Origin: a virus | Taxonomy: Duplodnaviria; Caudoviricetes | Length of the DNA: 64,000 nt | Virus record (IMG/VR): IMGVR_UViG_3300033120_000868 | Span: 64,001 to 128,000 of that record | Reading direction: 5' to 3' (one strand) | Shown here: positions 10,409-21,678 of the stretch, piece by piece | Numbering within the stretch: position 1 is the stretch's first letter | Layout of the letters: the number at the start of each line of letters is the position of its first letter | Translations under genes and position numbers: made by a program | The notes under the pieces: generated by a model | Told to the model about the DNA's origin: nothing | The model's database searches: none | Seen by the model: the letters and a program-made list of their open reading frames with translations, nothing else

Positions 10409-13400
10409 ATGGTAGATATAGAAGATTTCAAAAAACAATTAGATTTAGCTTTCCCAACAAAAACTCCACAACAAGAAAAAGTTTTTGCTGAAATGGATGT
10501 AGAATCTAAAAAACAAGAATATGCTAACAAACTAAAAATACCTTCTGCACCAAGTTCAGGAGGTTTTTTAGATACCACTAAAATTAAATCTGAGCCAGGG
10601 TTAAGATTAGAAACTCCTAATTTTAATGTAGACGAAATATTTAGTAAAACTAACTCAGGAGAGTATATTGCTAAGTTTGATACTTACACACCTGGAATTG
10701 ATAATTATGATAAATTTTCAAGAGAGCAAACTACAGGAGATAAATGGTTGAATGGGGCAACTCAATTCACACAAACGGTTGTAAATTCTATAGCAGGTTT
10801 AGGTAATCTTGTTTATGGTACAGGTGCTATGATTAAAGAAGGGGAATTATCTTCTTTTTATGATAACGACTACATGAATTGGTTGGACGATGTTTCTGAG
10901 AAAAGAAGACTTAACAATCCGATTTACAAAACTTATGAAGAGCAAGAGATGGGCTTTGGAGAAAGCTTAGGTACAGCTTCTTTTTGGGCAGATGACTTTT
11001 TACAAGGAGCTTCTTTTACAGCAGGAATGATTGCTTCTGAGCTTGTTTTAAGAGGATTAACAGGAGGTGTCGTTGGAGGAGTTGGTTTATCAAGAGCAGG
11101 TCTTTCAGCAACTACTCAAGGAGCTTCTAAAATGAACACATTTAAAAATGCAATGGGACTTGCAAGAACCGCAGCGGTAAAACCTATAACAACAGCTATG
11201 TCAAATGTCCTTCCTAAATTAGGAGGAGCTACATTTGGGGCTAACTTAGGTAAAGTAGCTAATATTGTTAGAACAGGAGTTACTTCAGCAGGATATGAAG
11301 CAGGATTTGAAGCTCGTCACTTTATGCGTGAAATGAGAGCAAATTTTGAAGAAGATTTTATTGAAGCTAATGGAGTAGCACCAACAGAAGAAGACAGAGC
11401 AGAGTTTGAATCAGCTTTAAAATCAAAAGCCAATGGTTTGTTTGCTTTCAACGTAGCAGTTGTAGGTGCAAGTAATATAGCACAATTTGGCTCGGCTTTA
11501 GGGTTAAAACTTCCTAAAGTTAAAGGTTTTTCTTCTAATCCTGATAGTTGGATAAATAGAAAAGTATTTGGAGTCGGTGTACAAGACGGAGCTATTGCTA
11601 CAGCAACAATGGGTAACAAATTAGCAAGAGTAGGATACACTTTTGGTAAGAATGCTTTTTTAGAAGGTTTTGTGGAAGAAGGTTTGCAAGGAGTAGGTTC
11701 TAAAACAGCAGAAAAAATGCTGAAAGATTCTTATAGCTTGAATAATGCAAATCAAACTATGGGATATGCTAATGCTTTCTATCAATCTATGTCTGAACAA
11801 TATGGAACAGAAGAGGGGCTAAAAGAAGTTTACTTAGGAATGCTTATTGGAGCTATGACAGGTAGTGCAACTAATTTAGTTACAGCAAGAAGTTTAGCGG
11901 ATGGTAATTTTAAAGTATTAGACCAAAGAGCTAAAGGAATTGAAAAACAACTATTAAAAGGTGGGAGTTATTCTGCGGATAATATGGCTACAAGACTTTT
12001 ATCAGCAAATAGAACAGTAGCGAATAAAAGAGACGAACAAAAAGCTATTCAAGAAGGAGATATTTCAGGAGTACAAACAGCAAGGCATTCTGAAATGTTC
12101 AATCAAACTTTAAGAGGTATTGAATTAAATTATTTAGACCAAATTAAAGAGCAAACTTTACAGCAGTTAGATGTATTATCTGACGCGGAGATTGCAGAAA
12201 TGGCGGGAGTAGAAGTATCAGAAGCTTCAAGAATTAGAGAGGAATTAAAGAACGAATACAAAGCAGAAACAAAAGTAATTGAAGACACTATTAATGCTTC
12301 TAAAGAATTAATAGCAGGCTCACTTAATAAAGGTGAATATAATTTTGCGATTGAGGAGTTTCAAAAAAGAGGGTATAGTAAAGAGATGGCTAATGCTACA
12401 GTGGCTGATATGCTACAGAAATCTTTAGCTTATGAAATGTACATTGGTAAAGTAGCTTATGAACAAGCTGATAATTTCTTAAACACTTTCTTAAACGAGG
12501 TTCAATCTTCAATTGGTTCAACAAGAGTAAAGAAAAGTTTTGGTATCAATGACACTTTAAATCGTTCAGGAAAAGCTGCGAGAAGGAATTTTAATAAAAC
12601 TAAGAAAGAGTTACAACAAACTGTATCTGAATTAGAGCAGTTAGAAAAAGATTATAGAAGAGTTGAAAACATTATTTCTCAAACAACAGCCGAAACAGGT
12701 AATAGACAACAGTTAGTAGGGCAACTAAATGATTTAGTAAATAAAAGAGAAGAGTTAAATAAAAGAAAACAGGAGTTAGAGGCTAATGCAAATGCTTTGC
12801 TATCTTCTGCTAAATTGGAAACCCCTTTTGGAGCTACAGTAGACGCTACAGAGATTACAGCAGATGAAATTTTATCTTTTGAAGAAGATATTACAAAAAC
12901 ACTTGAAGACCTAAGAAAGGTTTCTCCTGAAAAAGCTGAAAGACTTGGGGGTATGTTATATGAATATCAAAAGTCGGTTAATGCCTACAAGACATTAGAC
13001 AAAAGAGTGAAACAATTAACAGACCCTAATGTAGGACTAAGAACTAAAAAAGGATTATTACCTTCTTTGTTTGGAAGAAAAACTCCAAATGAACAGACTG
13101 CCGAAATGATTAGGGGGCTTATAAACACTCACTATCAATTAGACAGAAACACTCAAGAAGGAGTAGAGAAGGCTGTTACCAAAGCAGCGGAAGAGCAATT
13201 AGTTGAGGCAGGAGTGGATAAGAAAGAAATTTTAGACTATTTAAAAGACCAACCTTATTTATTTGAGCAGTATAATGAATCAACAGAGAATATCATACCA
13301 ACTGAAGCTGAGATTGAAGAATACTATGATTTTGCTCAGAGAAATATAGCAGGAGAAGAACCCTTAACAGACGAAGAAAAGGTAAGATTTGAAGAGCTTA

Positions 13401-15796
13401 ATACAAAGTTAGCAAATTGGTATTTAACTGAATCTACACCTTTAGCAGATATCTTAAAACAGCAAGCTTTAAGAGAGACAAAAGTTGAAGAAACAGTAGA
13501 AGATGTTTTAACAGATGAAGATGTTGATGGGATGCTTGAAAAAGATAGAAAAACAAGCAGACCTTTCAATTTTTTACAGACCGTGCAAGATGTTTATTTA
13601 CAGTTTTACAAAGATAGTAATACATACTATTTTTCTCACCTGTCACCAAGAGGATTTTTAAAATTTATTGGGGCGACAACAGATTTAAAAGTACAAAGAA
13701 AAGATAGTAAAAAAGTTGAACCTTTTTCTTTAGACGATGAATTAAAAACAGGGGATAGAGTATTCTTTGGAAACAACATGTCGTTTGCTTTAGAGGACGG
13801 AGCGAGAATAAAAATTGTAACATCAAAAGAGAACTTTAATTCTTTCGGTTTTAAAACAAGAATGACAGCAAGTGGATATAGTGTAGTTTACGATGGAGAT
13901 AAAGTTATGAAATCTGATTATGCAGATATAGACACTTACTCACCTCAAGAAATAATGAGGTTAGCTAATGGAGATGAAATATTTGCTTTTATAGATATGG
14001 AAGATAGTTATAATCAATCTCTAACAGAAGAAGAGTTTGAGCATAATGTTAAAATATCTTTCAGAGACGCTCAAGGTAATAAAATTGCAGATTTAAAAGC
14101 TTTACATTTAGCAGAGGCACAAGATACTTCAGAAATACCTGTTAAGTTTTTAGAAGCTCGTGCAAAAGCAAAAGAATTAGCTTGGGGTAAAACAGGAAGT
14201 ATTGAGTTAGGAAATGTAACAGTTGAAACAGTATTTTTAGGAGCTCCAAACGTAGTTTTAGAAAATGGAGTAGAGAAATGGCAACCTGTTGATGAAAATT
14301 TAATAGAAGACTCAGGAATGTGGAATGGAAGTAAATTAGTAACTAAGAATGGCACAAAAGGGATAAGAACAGATTTACTAAAAGGTATTGATAAGAAAGT
14401 TCCTGTTGTAATTGTAAAAGTTGGAAACACTTTAATTGCATATCCTGTTAGAGGAGGAAAAGTAGCTTCTAATATAGCAGAAACTTTCACTGAAAAAGGA
14501 GCTAAATTAGCATTAAAAATTAATGAAACTCTTATTAAAAATGGTAAAAAACCTGCTCAAATATATTATAATTCAGAGACAGACCAAAACATGTATTCAG
14601 AGGATGGAACGCCAACTCAAGAATTGCAAGATGCTTTAGACAGAGTTAACAGTATAACAACAGAATCAACAAATATAGCAGAAGCTGAAATAAACATTGA
14701 TTTAAATGGTATACCGTTCTTAGCTCCAAAGATGGCAATTAACTTGGACAGTTTCCAAACAGTTAATGTAGCACCTGTAGGGCAGGCAACCTCCCAAAGT
14801 AATATAACTAGTGAAACAAAAGTAGAAGAGGTTTTAACACAGGAGCAAAAGGATAATTTAGAAAAAGCTAAAAAAGGAGAGAAAGCTTCTCCTGCTAAGA
14901 CTATTTTTAATTCTGTACAAGATTTACTGAAACACTCAAAATCACTGTTAGGTAAAACTTTTAACGTAAAAGGATTAAATGTTCAATTCGTTGACTATAA
15001 AGGCGAGGTTTTAACAGGAGCTGGTCAAAGAGTTTTTGTAAAAGTTTTAATAAATGGAGTTCCTGTAACGTTTTATAGTTCGACAGGTTCAGGCAAGAAA
15101 GCTTTACAAGAAGGAGTTTTTTATCCAACATTAGGTATAGAGGCAGACGAGAGATTTAATGGAACTTGGATTAATAAGATAGACGGTGTTGAAATGGCTT
15201 CTTATTATGACTCTGCTTCATTAGCAGCAGTAGGAGCTTTTATAGATTCTCAATTTGGAAACACTAATGGTTTTGCAGGAAGTATAAATCAAAACACAAC
15301 TGACTTACAAAATCCTAACAAAGAAGCCTTAACTAAAGAAAAAGCTTTGGAGATTAGAAGAGAGTATAACAGTGAATATTTAAATAGCGGTAGAGAAACT
15401 TTTTCAAATAATCAAGCTAAAGAAGTTACACAAGCTTTTAAAGATTTAGTTAATGAGATAAGAGGAAAAGTTAATAATACTCAACCTGCTCAAAAACCTA
15501 AAAGCAGATTAGACTTACAAGATGATTATTTTACTTTAGATTTTAAAACGTATGCTTATTTTAGAGATACAAATGGTGATGTTTATACAAAAGAAGTTGG
15601 AGAAATAGCTAGAGCTAAAACAATGTCTAACATGGTAAAAACTCTACCAAAAGCAGAACAAGAAAGAGTAAAACAAGCATGGACAAAGCAACCAGCAGAT
15701 TACTTTGAAAGTGAAAATTTTGAGAAAGTTGTACCAAACGTAGGAACAAGTTCGCGAACAAAACAAGGTAAGAAAAATAAAGATAAAGAGTGTTAA
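10409..15796 (+). CDS. Giant putative ejection/cargo protein A (1795 aa) with G/A-rich hydrophobic N-terminal segments
   Basis: Hydrophobic helices at about aa 120-490, a coiled coil, and a single Cys as the last residue; crAss-like cargo position. Confidence 0.6.
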   Translation: MVDIEDFKKQLDLAFPTKTPQQEKVFAEMDVESKKQEYANKLKIPSAPSSGGFLDTTKIKSEPGLRLETPNFNVDEIFSKTNSGEYIAKFDTYTPGIDNYDKFSREQTTGDKWLNGATQFTQTVVNSIAGLGNLVYGTGAMIKEGELSSFYDNDYMNWLDDVSEKRRLNNPIYKTYEEQEMGFGESLGTASFWADDFLQGASFTAGMIASELVLRGLTGGVVGGVGLSRAGLSATTQGASKMNTFKNAMGLARTAAVKPITTAMSNVLPKLGGATFGANLGKVANIVRTGVTSAGYEAGFEARHFMREMRANFEEDFIEANGVAPTEEDRAEFESALKSKANGLFAFNVAVVGASNIAQFGSALGLKLPKVKGFSSNPDSWINRKVFGVGVQDGAIATATMGNKLARVGYTFGKNAFLEGFVEEGLQGVGSKTAEKMLKDSYSLNNANQTMGYANAFYQSMSEQYGTEEGLKEVYLGMLIGAMTGSATNLVTARSLADGNFKVLDQRAKGIEKQLLKGGSYSADNMATRLLSANRTVANKRDEQKAIQEGDISGVQTARHSEMFNQTLRGIELNYLDQIKEQTLQQLDVLSDAEIAEMAGVEVSEASRIREELKNEYKAETKVIEDTINASKELIAGSLNKGEYNFAIEEFQKRGYSKEMANATVADMLQKSLAYEMYIGKVAYEQADNFLNTFLNEVQSSIGSTRVKKSFGINDTLNRSGKAARRNFNKTKKELQQTVSELEQLEKDYRRVENIISQTTAETGNRQQLVGQLNDLVNKREELNKRKQELEANANALLSSAKLETPFGATVDATEITADEILSFEEDITKTLEDLRKVSPEKAERLGGMLYEYQKSVNAYKTLDKRVKQLTDPNVGLRTKKGLLPSLFGRKTPNEQTAEMIRGLINTHYQLDRNTQEGVEKAVTKAAEEQLVEAGVDKKEILDYLKDQPYLFEQYNESTENIIPTEAEIEEYYDFAQRNIAGEEPLTDEEKVRFEELNTKLANWYLTESTPLADILKQQALRETKVEETVEDVLTDEDVDGMLEKDRKTSRPFNFLQTVQDVYLQFYKDSNTYYFSHLSPRGFLKFIGATTDLKVQRKDSKKVEPFSLDDELKTGDRVFFGNNMSFALEDGARIKIVTSKENFNSFGFKTRMTASGYSVVYDGDKVMKSDYADIDTYSPQEIMRLANGDEIFAFIDMEDSYNQSLTEEEFEHNVKISFRDAQGNKIADLKALHLAEAQDTSEIPVKFLEARAKAKELAWGKTGSIELGNVTVETVFLGAPNVVLENGVEKWQPVDENLIEDSGMWNGSKLVTKNGTKGIRTDLLKGIDKKVPVVIVKVGNTLIAYPVRGGKVASNIAETFTEKGAKLALKINETLIKNGKKPAQIYYNSETDQNMYSEDGTPTQELQDALDRVNSITTESTNIAEAEINIDLNGIPFLAPKMAINLDSFQTVNVAPVGQATSQSNITSETKVEEVLTQEQKDNLEKAKKGEKASPAKTIFNSVQDLLKHSKSLLGKTFNVKGLNVQFVDYKGEVLTGAGQRVFVKVLINGVPVTFYSSTGSGKKALQEGVFYPTLGIEADERFNGTWINKIDGVEMASYYDSASLAAVGAFIDSQFGNTNGFAGSINQNTTDLQNPNKEALTKEKALEIRREYNSEYLNSGRETFSNNQAKEVTQAFKDLVNEIRGKVNNTQPAQKPKSRLDLQDDYFTLDFKTYAYFRDTNGDVYTKEVGEIARAKTMSNMVKTLPKAEQERVKQAWTKQPADYFESENFEKVVPNVGTSSRTKQGKKNKDKEC

Positions 15797-15803
15797 AGAG
15801 AGA

Positions 15804-15828
15804 GGAGTTCAGAAATGAGCTCCTTTTT
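15804..15828 (+). terminator. Rho-independent terminator
   Basis: GGAGTTC-AGAAAT-GAGCTCC stem followed by TTTTT, just after the stop codon. Confidence 0.7.
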
Positions 15829-15858
15829 AACTTATTTTAATATTTAATTTTTTTGTTG

Positions 15859-15894
15859 TATATTTGCGTATCAAAAAATAAAATTGTATATTTG
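15859..15894 (+). promoter_or_regulatory. Tandem Bacteroidetes promoter elements
   Basis: TATATTTG at 15859-15866 and 15887-15894; the first TTTG lies 20 nt before the second -7 box. Confidence 0.7.
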
Positions 15895-15910
15895 CATAAA
15901 ATTAAGATAA

Positions 15911-18900
15911 ATGAACTGTAGAATAATTTACAAAGATAGTAAAATAGACCACGTACAAGCTGAAAATGGAGAAAGAAGTATTCTTTTTGATTCTCTTAAA
16001 GATATTTTTGGCGCGGAAAAAGCTTTAGAATTGTATGCTTTAACTGAAGAAGACGGCTACAAACAAAAAATACAAGAAAAAGTAAGAAGTTTTGTAGGAG
16101 TTACAGAAAAACAAATAGATAAACTATCTGAAGCAATTGATGCACAAGAAACATTAAATAAACTTGTAGAAACAGGTTTAGCTGATAACGTATATCAAAT
16201 GACTTCTGAAGAGATAGAAGCTAAGTTAGTTGAACTTGGAGTGGAAGCTGATGTGGCTAAACAGGTAGCTCAGTCAGGAGGATATTATTCTAACGCTAAT
16301 ACTGCATTTGCAAATTTAAAAGACAAAAATGTTAAAAATGTACAAGGTTGGATGAAAGCCCTAACTGACGTACAAAAAAATGGCGGAATAAAAAATGTAA
16401 ATCAAGAACTTGAATGGATAGGTCTTGAAGATTATTTAAATAACTACGTAAAAGAAAACAACCCAAAAGCAGGTAACATCCCTTCTTCTGTGGTTGAAGA
16501 TTATATTAAGTCAAATCAGATTGAGATTGTTGATGTTACTAAGGGAAACAATATTGTACAACAAGAGATTGAAGATAACAGTAAAAGATTAGATTTCATC
16601 ATTAACGAGTTAGATAATAAATATCTTTTTGATGAAAGCGGTAATAGAGTTCACTATATTAAAGATGAGAATCTACCAAAAGAAGCTGTAGCTTTAATAA
16701 TTGAGAGAGAAGAACTTAAAAAAAGAAACAGAGAACTTTTAAAATTAAATCAGAAAGACACAAAATACTCAGGATACCAACTAAAAGGAGCAGAAAACTA
16801 CAGAGAGGTATTGTTAACAGTTCCAAAAATAGGGCAAGAAAAAAACAGACAAAACCAAATAGATTTTGTAGATTCATTAAAGAAAAAATATAATGTTAAT
16901 ACTGTTATAGATTTAGATAAAGTTGTAAATGATGAGGAAAGAACTAAATGGGAAGAATTAACGACCAAAGCAAATATATCTCCTGAAAAGGATAATAAAT
17001 ATTTTAGTAGTCATTGGGAGGAAGCTAATATTTTAGCTCACGTAAGGTTAAATGAAAAAACTTTACCTGATGGACGTAAAGTGTTGATTGTTAATGAAAT
17101 TCAATCAGATTGGGCACAACAGGGGAGAAAGGAAGGATTTAAAAGAACAAAACAAGCTCAAAATGAACTTATAGCAGAGCATAGAAAAGTATTACAAGAT
17201 TTAGAAGAATTAGACGTACAAATAATCGATGCAGTAGATAATAAAAAACCTAATATTTTAGAACTAGGAGAAAAGAAAGCGGAATTAATTAAAAAATCAG
17301 ATGAATTAAGAAGTGATATTTTTAAACCTCGTGCTCCTCAAATGCCTTATAAAAACACAGACCAATGGACTGGAATTGTTGTAAGAAGAGTGATGCAAAT
17401 GGCTTCACAAGAAGGTTATGATGGAATTGCTTTTGCTACAGGTCAACAGTCTGCTGATATGTATAGTTTATCTAATCAAGTTGAAGTTCTGTATTACAAA
17501 AAGAATGAAGATGGAACTTATGAAGTAGATGCTGATTTAAAAAATGGAGATAATAGAAACATTGGCGAATCTGTAACAGAAGATAAACTTGCAGACTATG
17601 TAGGTAAAGAGGTTGCAAACAAAATTATTGCAGGAGAAGGTACAAACTCCCCATCTCGAATGGATGAAGGTTATAAGTTTTTAAAAGGTTTAGAACTTGA
17701 AGTCGGAGGAGAAGGTATGAAAACTTTCTATGATAAGATTGTACCTAAAGTAGTTCAAAAAGAAGCTCAAAGATTTGATAAAAACGCTAAGTTAGAGACT
17801 GTCGATTTTAGTGATAATTTTACTTTTAGTAAGAAAGAGTTAGATGATTACACGAATTATTTACTAAACAAATATAATTTAGATAAGACAGGGAGGTATA
17901 GAATATTAATAGGGAAAAATGCAACAACAGAAGAAGTAGCTAAATATAAAAACTTATTAGAGAATTTTAGAAAAGATAATGATAGTAAGACATCTCAAGG
18001 TGATAAACTATCTTTAGGAGTACAACCATACTTACCACTAACACAAGCTATAAAAGATTCAGTTAATCAAGGTATACCTCAATTCCAAAAATCAGGAATA
18101 ACTCCAATTACAAACGGGTTTATTTATAAGAATGATGTATATTTAAATAAGAATGCAGATGAATCTACAATGGTACATGAGTTTAACCATTTATACAACA
18201 ATTGGTTAAAACAAAACCGTCCTGAAGTTTATAAGAAAGGTTTAGATTTAATTAAGGAGGAGTTAAAAAAGAAGAACAGTGAAATCCAAGACATAATCAA
18301 TTTTGTAAAAACTAATCAACCAAAATTAGAAGGAGATGCACTTTTAGAAGAGATTATTACCGAAATGGTCGGAAGGAAAGGGCTTGAATTATTAAATGAG
18401 CAAAAAGATAAAGTAAAAAGCTCAGGAATAATTGACTATTTAAAACAAGTTTGGCAAGAAATTAAAAATATGTTAGGATTATCATCTTACACAGATGAAC
18501 AAATCCTAAACATGAATTTACAAGATTTTGCCAACGCTTCTGCTGTAGATTTATTGAGTGGAGAAAACATAGGAAGATTCTCAACAGATAGTAATGACAT
18601 TAGGTTTAGTCAAACTATACCAACATTTAAAGGAAATGCTGATATAGAGAGAATAAAAAAACTTAATAAAAAAGGAAACGAAGATGGAGCAACATTTAAT
18701 TTAGATGGAAGTACTTATGATAAGGGAGGTTTAATTATACCTGTAATTAGTTTAAATACTACTCAAAAGGAGTTATCGAAAGAGCTTATAGAAAAGTTTA
18801 TTCAGGAAAATTCAAGTAAGATTGGAGCTGATAATATTAAAGTAGGTATTTTTAAGTTTGAAGATTCTAATGAAGTATCTATAGATTTAAATGTAGTAGT

Positions 18901-21637
18901 AGATGCTAAGTATAGAGACATAGGTTTAACTTTTGGAAAGTATGCAGGACAAGAATCTTTATTTGATTTAAGTACTTTTTTACCTGCAAAAACAGGTGCA
19001 GATGGTAAGAACCCTAAAAATTTCACAGATGAGGAGTTTAGGGATATTGCTAATAGCTTATCAGAAGGTAAGTTACCTAGCTTTTTAAATTTATCTCCGC
19101 AAACTTCTACAAATTATGCAAATTTAACAGAAGATGGAGAAGGAAACTTTGTATTTTACCATGTAGGAGGTAAAGGATATGATGTAATAAAAAGAGGTAC
19201 AGGACAAAACACAGCAACAAGCAGAGAAGAAGCAACAGCTATAAACAGAGTAGGTGGAGTAGCAATGTATTATCCTGCTGAAAATGTTCAAGAGTCTATG
19301 TTTTCAGGAGAAGCTAAGTATTTAGTAAAAGTTCCTCAAGAGAAAGTTTACGACTTTAATAGAGACACTTTAAATTTATTAGACGAAGCTGAGCAAATGT
19401 TTAGAAAGCAGTTTCCTAATCAAGCTTTTGATAAAAACTCTAAGTTAGCTTTTGTAACTAAAATCGCTAATGAAAAAGGATTTGATGCAGTTGTAGCTAA
19501 TTGGGATAATACAACAAGAGTTCAAACAACTAAAGAGTTGAAACCTTTAGATGAGCAAATTACAGAAGGTAATAAAATTGTTAAAGATTTTTCCGCCGAA
19601 AATAAATTTAAATCAAATAAAGATAAAGGTTGGCAAGTTGTCCCAACAGTTATGCAAAGCAAGCTATTAAAAGACGTATATGATAAAATAGATACTTTAG
19701 TAGGAAACGACTTTTCAAATCCTTTGTATAGAGTTAGAGAAATGGCAGGGTATACTTTTGAAGACAGATTTGCACCATTTAAATCTCAAGATGAGATAAC
19801 GGATGTAGTAGAAAAATCAGACCTTCCTCAAGAAGTGAAAGATGAGTACAATCAAGCAGTTAACTCCAAAGACAAGCTAGGATATTCAAAATTGACTAAA
19901 AAACCTTCTTTAAAGATAGACATAAGAGAAGTTAACGGAAGATTAGTTGTTGAAACTTTAGTAAATGAGACTAAAGCAGGTGCGTTGAGAATGTTGCCTT
20001 ATGAAGATGGTTATAAAGTAGAGTCAGTTATAGTGTACGATAAGTATCAAAATAGACGTTTGGGGACACGATTGTATCAAGAAGCTATAAAGTTTCTATT
20101 GAAGAGTCAAACTCCTTTATACTCTCTTAAAGTACGTAGTGAAAATGCTAAAAAGATTTGGGACAAGTTTGTAGAAATAGGTGTGGCTCAAAAAGTAGGT
20201 GAAGATTATATTGCACCAAATAAAGGAGGATTGGATAAGAACAATGAGGCAAATCCTTCTGATGTAATGCAATATGCAAACACAACAGATGAAAAACTGT
20301 CAAAAGAAGAAACAGCAGAAGCTATCGACTTAACAGTTTCTTTAGGAGTTGAATCAAGCCAAGAAGCTGTAGCTATTTTAAAGGATACGTTCTTAGAAAA
20401 CAACTCTTTTGTGTTTGATAAAAAGAAAATGAAAAAATCAGGGTTTAATGATTATGAAATTACAAAGATATTAGTTGATGTAAATTTACAGAATCAAATT
20501 AAGAACAACTTGGCAAAATTAGAGAACATGGATTTTTCTGTACCTCTAATGGACGTTCAAACAACACCTGAAATTGGAATTTTTGGAAAACAAAAAGTAA
20601 AACCGAAAGTTAAAACTGTAAATGTAAAAACAGTAAACGAACAAGGAGAAGTAATAGATAAAGTTTCAGATACAAAAGAGTTATTAAGAAAAACTTATCC
20701 TGATACTTTACCAACAGAAATTCCACAAATAATAAGTAGTCTTTTAAAAGCTTCTGAAAGTGTAGTTAATAAGTATAATGATTTATTTTATAATACTTTA
20801 GATGATTTAAAAGATGTTGCTTTAGATTTAGGTGTAGATTTAAAAGATATTGAGAATAGAGTGTTTCCTTTAGAAAACTTTAAATCTTTTGTAAACTCTT
20901 TAATGAATTATTATACAAATCCAAGTGATGCTTTTGCTGAAGTTTATGATGAGTTTTTTGAGAATTATGGCGTGGAAAAAGCTACTAAACCAACAATATC
21001 AACTCCATATACAGAATATGAGTTATTTGATAAATTCAATTTAGTAAGAAACGGAGACGAATATGTTAAAGTTGAAGATGTAGAAATCGAACCGTCTGCT
21101 GAAAGACAAGCTAAAATTCCACAATTAGAAGTAGAAGATTTTGCTGTTGATTTTGATAAATTAGAGAAATTAGTTTATCATAAAGAGCAGTTAGGAGTTG
21201 AAATGAAAACTTTACAGAAGCCTTTAGTTGAAGAGATTAATCTTAGAGAAGTTAAGAAAAATCCTTACTTAAAAGCAACTTCTGAAGGTGTAAAATTAGT
21301 AAGCGAAGACCCTCTAACAGCTCAAAAAGCAGAGTTATATGGGTACGAGCCAAAAGTGGCGGAAAAACAACCTAAAAAGATAGAAACAGATTATTCTTTA
21401 ATCCAAGATGTATTAGTAACACAACTAACTTCCGAAAATAAAGTAAGAACACCAAAAGGTAACTTTACTAAATTTATGGACGACAATAATAAATCAGTGT
21501 TTTTATTAGACGGTTCAAAACAAAGTACAGTAGATTTAGAAGGATATTTATCTAAAGCGGACAACACACCAAAAATCGAGGCTAAAAAATTATACTCAAA
21601 AGAAGAATATGAAAATAATTTTGGATGTTTAAATTAA
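15911..21637 (+). CDS. Giant polyvalent virion protein B (1908 aa): LPD-type domain, zincin HExxH, ART-like, GNAT
   Basis: NYREVLL..SHW..LAHVR..EIQSDW..GMKTFYD block; HEFNH; FYH..YY..GFDAV; VIVYDKYQNRRLGTRLY..SENAKKIW. Confidence 0.65.
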   Translation: MNCRIIYKDSKIDHVQAENGERSILFDSLKDIFGAEKALELYALTEEDGYKQKIQEKVRSFVGVTEKQIDKLSEAIDAQETLNKLVETGLADNVYQMTSEEIEAKLVELGVEADVAKQVAQSGGYYSNANTAFANLKDKNVKNVQGWMKALTDVQKNGGIKNVNQELEWIGLEDYLNNYVKENNPKAGNIPSSVVEDYIKSNQIEIVDVTKGNNIVQQEIEDNSKRLDFIINELDNKYLFDESGNRVHYIKDENLPKEAVALIIEREELKKRNRELLKLNQKDTKYSGYQLKGAENYREVLLTVPKIGQEKNRQNQIDFVDSLKKKYNVNTVIDLDKVVNDEERTKWEELTTKANISPEKDNKYFSSHWEEANILAHVRLNEKTLPDGRKVLIVNEIQSDWAQQGRKEGFKRTKQAQNELIAEHRKVLQDLEELDVQIIDAVDNKKPNILELGEKKAELIKKSDELRSDIFKPRAPQMPYKNTDQWTGIVVRRVMQMASQEGYDGIAFATGQQSADMYSLSNQVEVLYYKKNEDGTYEVDADLKNGDNRNIGESVTEDKLADYVGKEVANKIIAGEGTNSPSRMDEGYKFLKGLELEVGGEGMKTFYDKIVPKVVQKEAQRFDKNAKLETVDFSDNFTFSKKELDDYTNYLLNKYNLDKTGRYRILIGKNATTEEVAKYKNLLENFRKDNDSKTSQGDKLSLGVQPYLPLTQAIKDSVNQGIPQFQKSGITPITNGFIYKNDVYLNKNADESTMVHEFNHLYNNWLKQNRPEVYKKGLDLIKEELKKKNSEIQDIINFVKTNQPKLEGDALLEEIITEMVGRKGLELLNEQKDKVKSSGIIDYLKQVWQEIKNMLGLSSYTDEQILNMNLQDFANASAVDLLSGENIGRFSTDSNDIRFSQTIPTFKGNADIERIKKLNKKGNEDGATFNLDGSTYDKGGLIIPVISLNTTQKELSKELIEKFIQENSSKIGADNIKVGIFKFEDSNEVSIDLNVVVDAKYRDIGLTFGKYAGQESLFDLSTFLPAKTGADGKNPKNFTDEEFRDIANSLSEGKLPSFLNLSPQTSTNYANLTEDGEGNFVFYHVGGKGYDVIKRGTGQNTATSREEATAINRVGGVAMYYPAENVQESMFSGEAKYLVKVPQEKVYDFNRDTLNLLDEAEQMFRKQFPNQAFDKNSKLAFVTKIANEKGFDAVVANWDNTTRVQTTKELKPLDEQITEGNKIVKDFSAENKFKSNKDKGWQVVPTVMQSKLLKDVYDKIDTLVGNDFSNPLYRVREMAGYTFEDRFAPFKSQDEITDVVEKSDLPQEVKDEYNQAVNSKDKLGYSKLTKKPSLKIDIREVNGRLVVETLVNETKAGALRMLPYEDGYKVESVIVYDKYQNRRLGTRLYQEAIKFLLKSQTPLYSLKVRSENAKKIWDKFVEIGVAQKVGEDYIAPNKGGLDKNNEANPSDVMQYANTTDEKLSKEETAEAIDLTVSLGVESSQEAVAILKDTFLENNSFVFDKKKMKKSGFNDYEITKILVDVNLQNQIKNNLAKLENMDFSVPLMDVQTTPEIGIFGKQKVKPKVKTVNVKTVNEQGEVIDKVSDTKELLRKTYPDTLPTEIPQIISSLLKASESVVNKYNDLFYNTLDDLKDVALDLGVDLKDIENRVFPLENFKSFVNSLMNYYTNPSDAFAEVYDEFFENYGVEKATKPTISTPYTEYELFDKFNLVRNGDEYVKVEDVEIEPSAERQAKIPQLEVEDFAVDFDKLEKLVYHKEQLGVEMKTLQKPLVEEINLREVKKNPYLKATSEGVKLVSEDPLTAQKAELYGYEPKVAEKQPKKIETDYSLIQDVLVTQLTSENKVRTPKGNFTKFMDDNNKSVFLLDGSKQSTVDLEGYLSKADNTPKIEAKKLYSKEEYENNFGCLN

Positions 21638-21651
21638 TTTTCATATCTTTG
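21620..21651 (+). promoter_or_regulatory. Bacteroidetes sigma-A promoter
   Basis: TTTG 21620-21623, 20 nt, TATCTTTG 21644-21651. Confidence 0.7.
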
Positions 21652-21678
21652 CAAAATAAAATAACAAAAATAATATAA

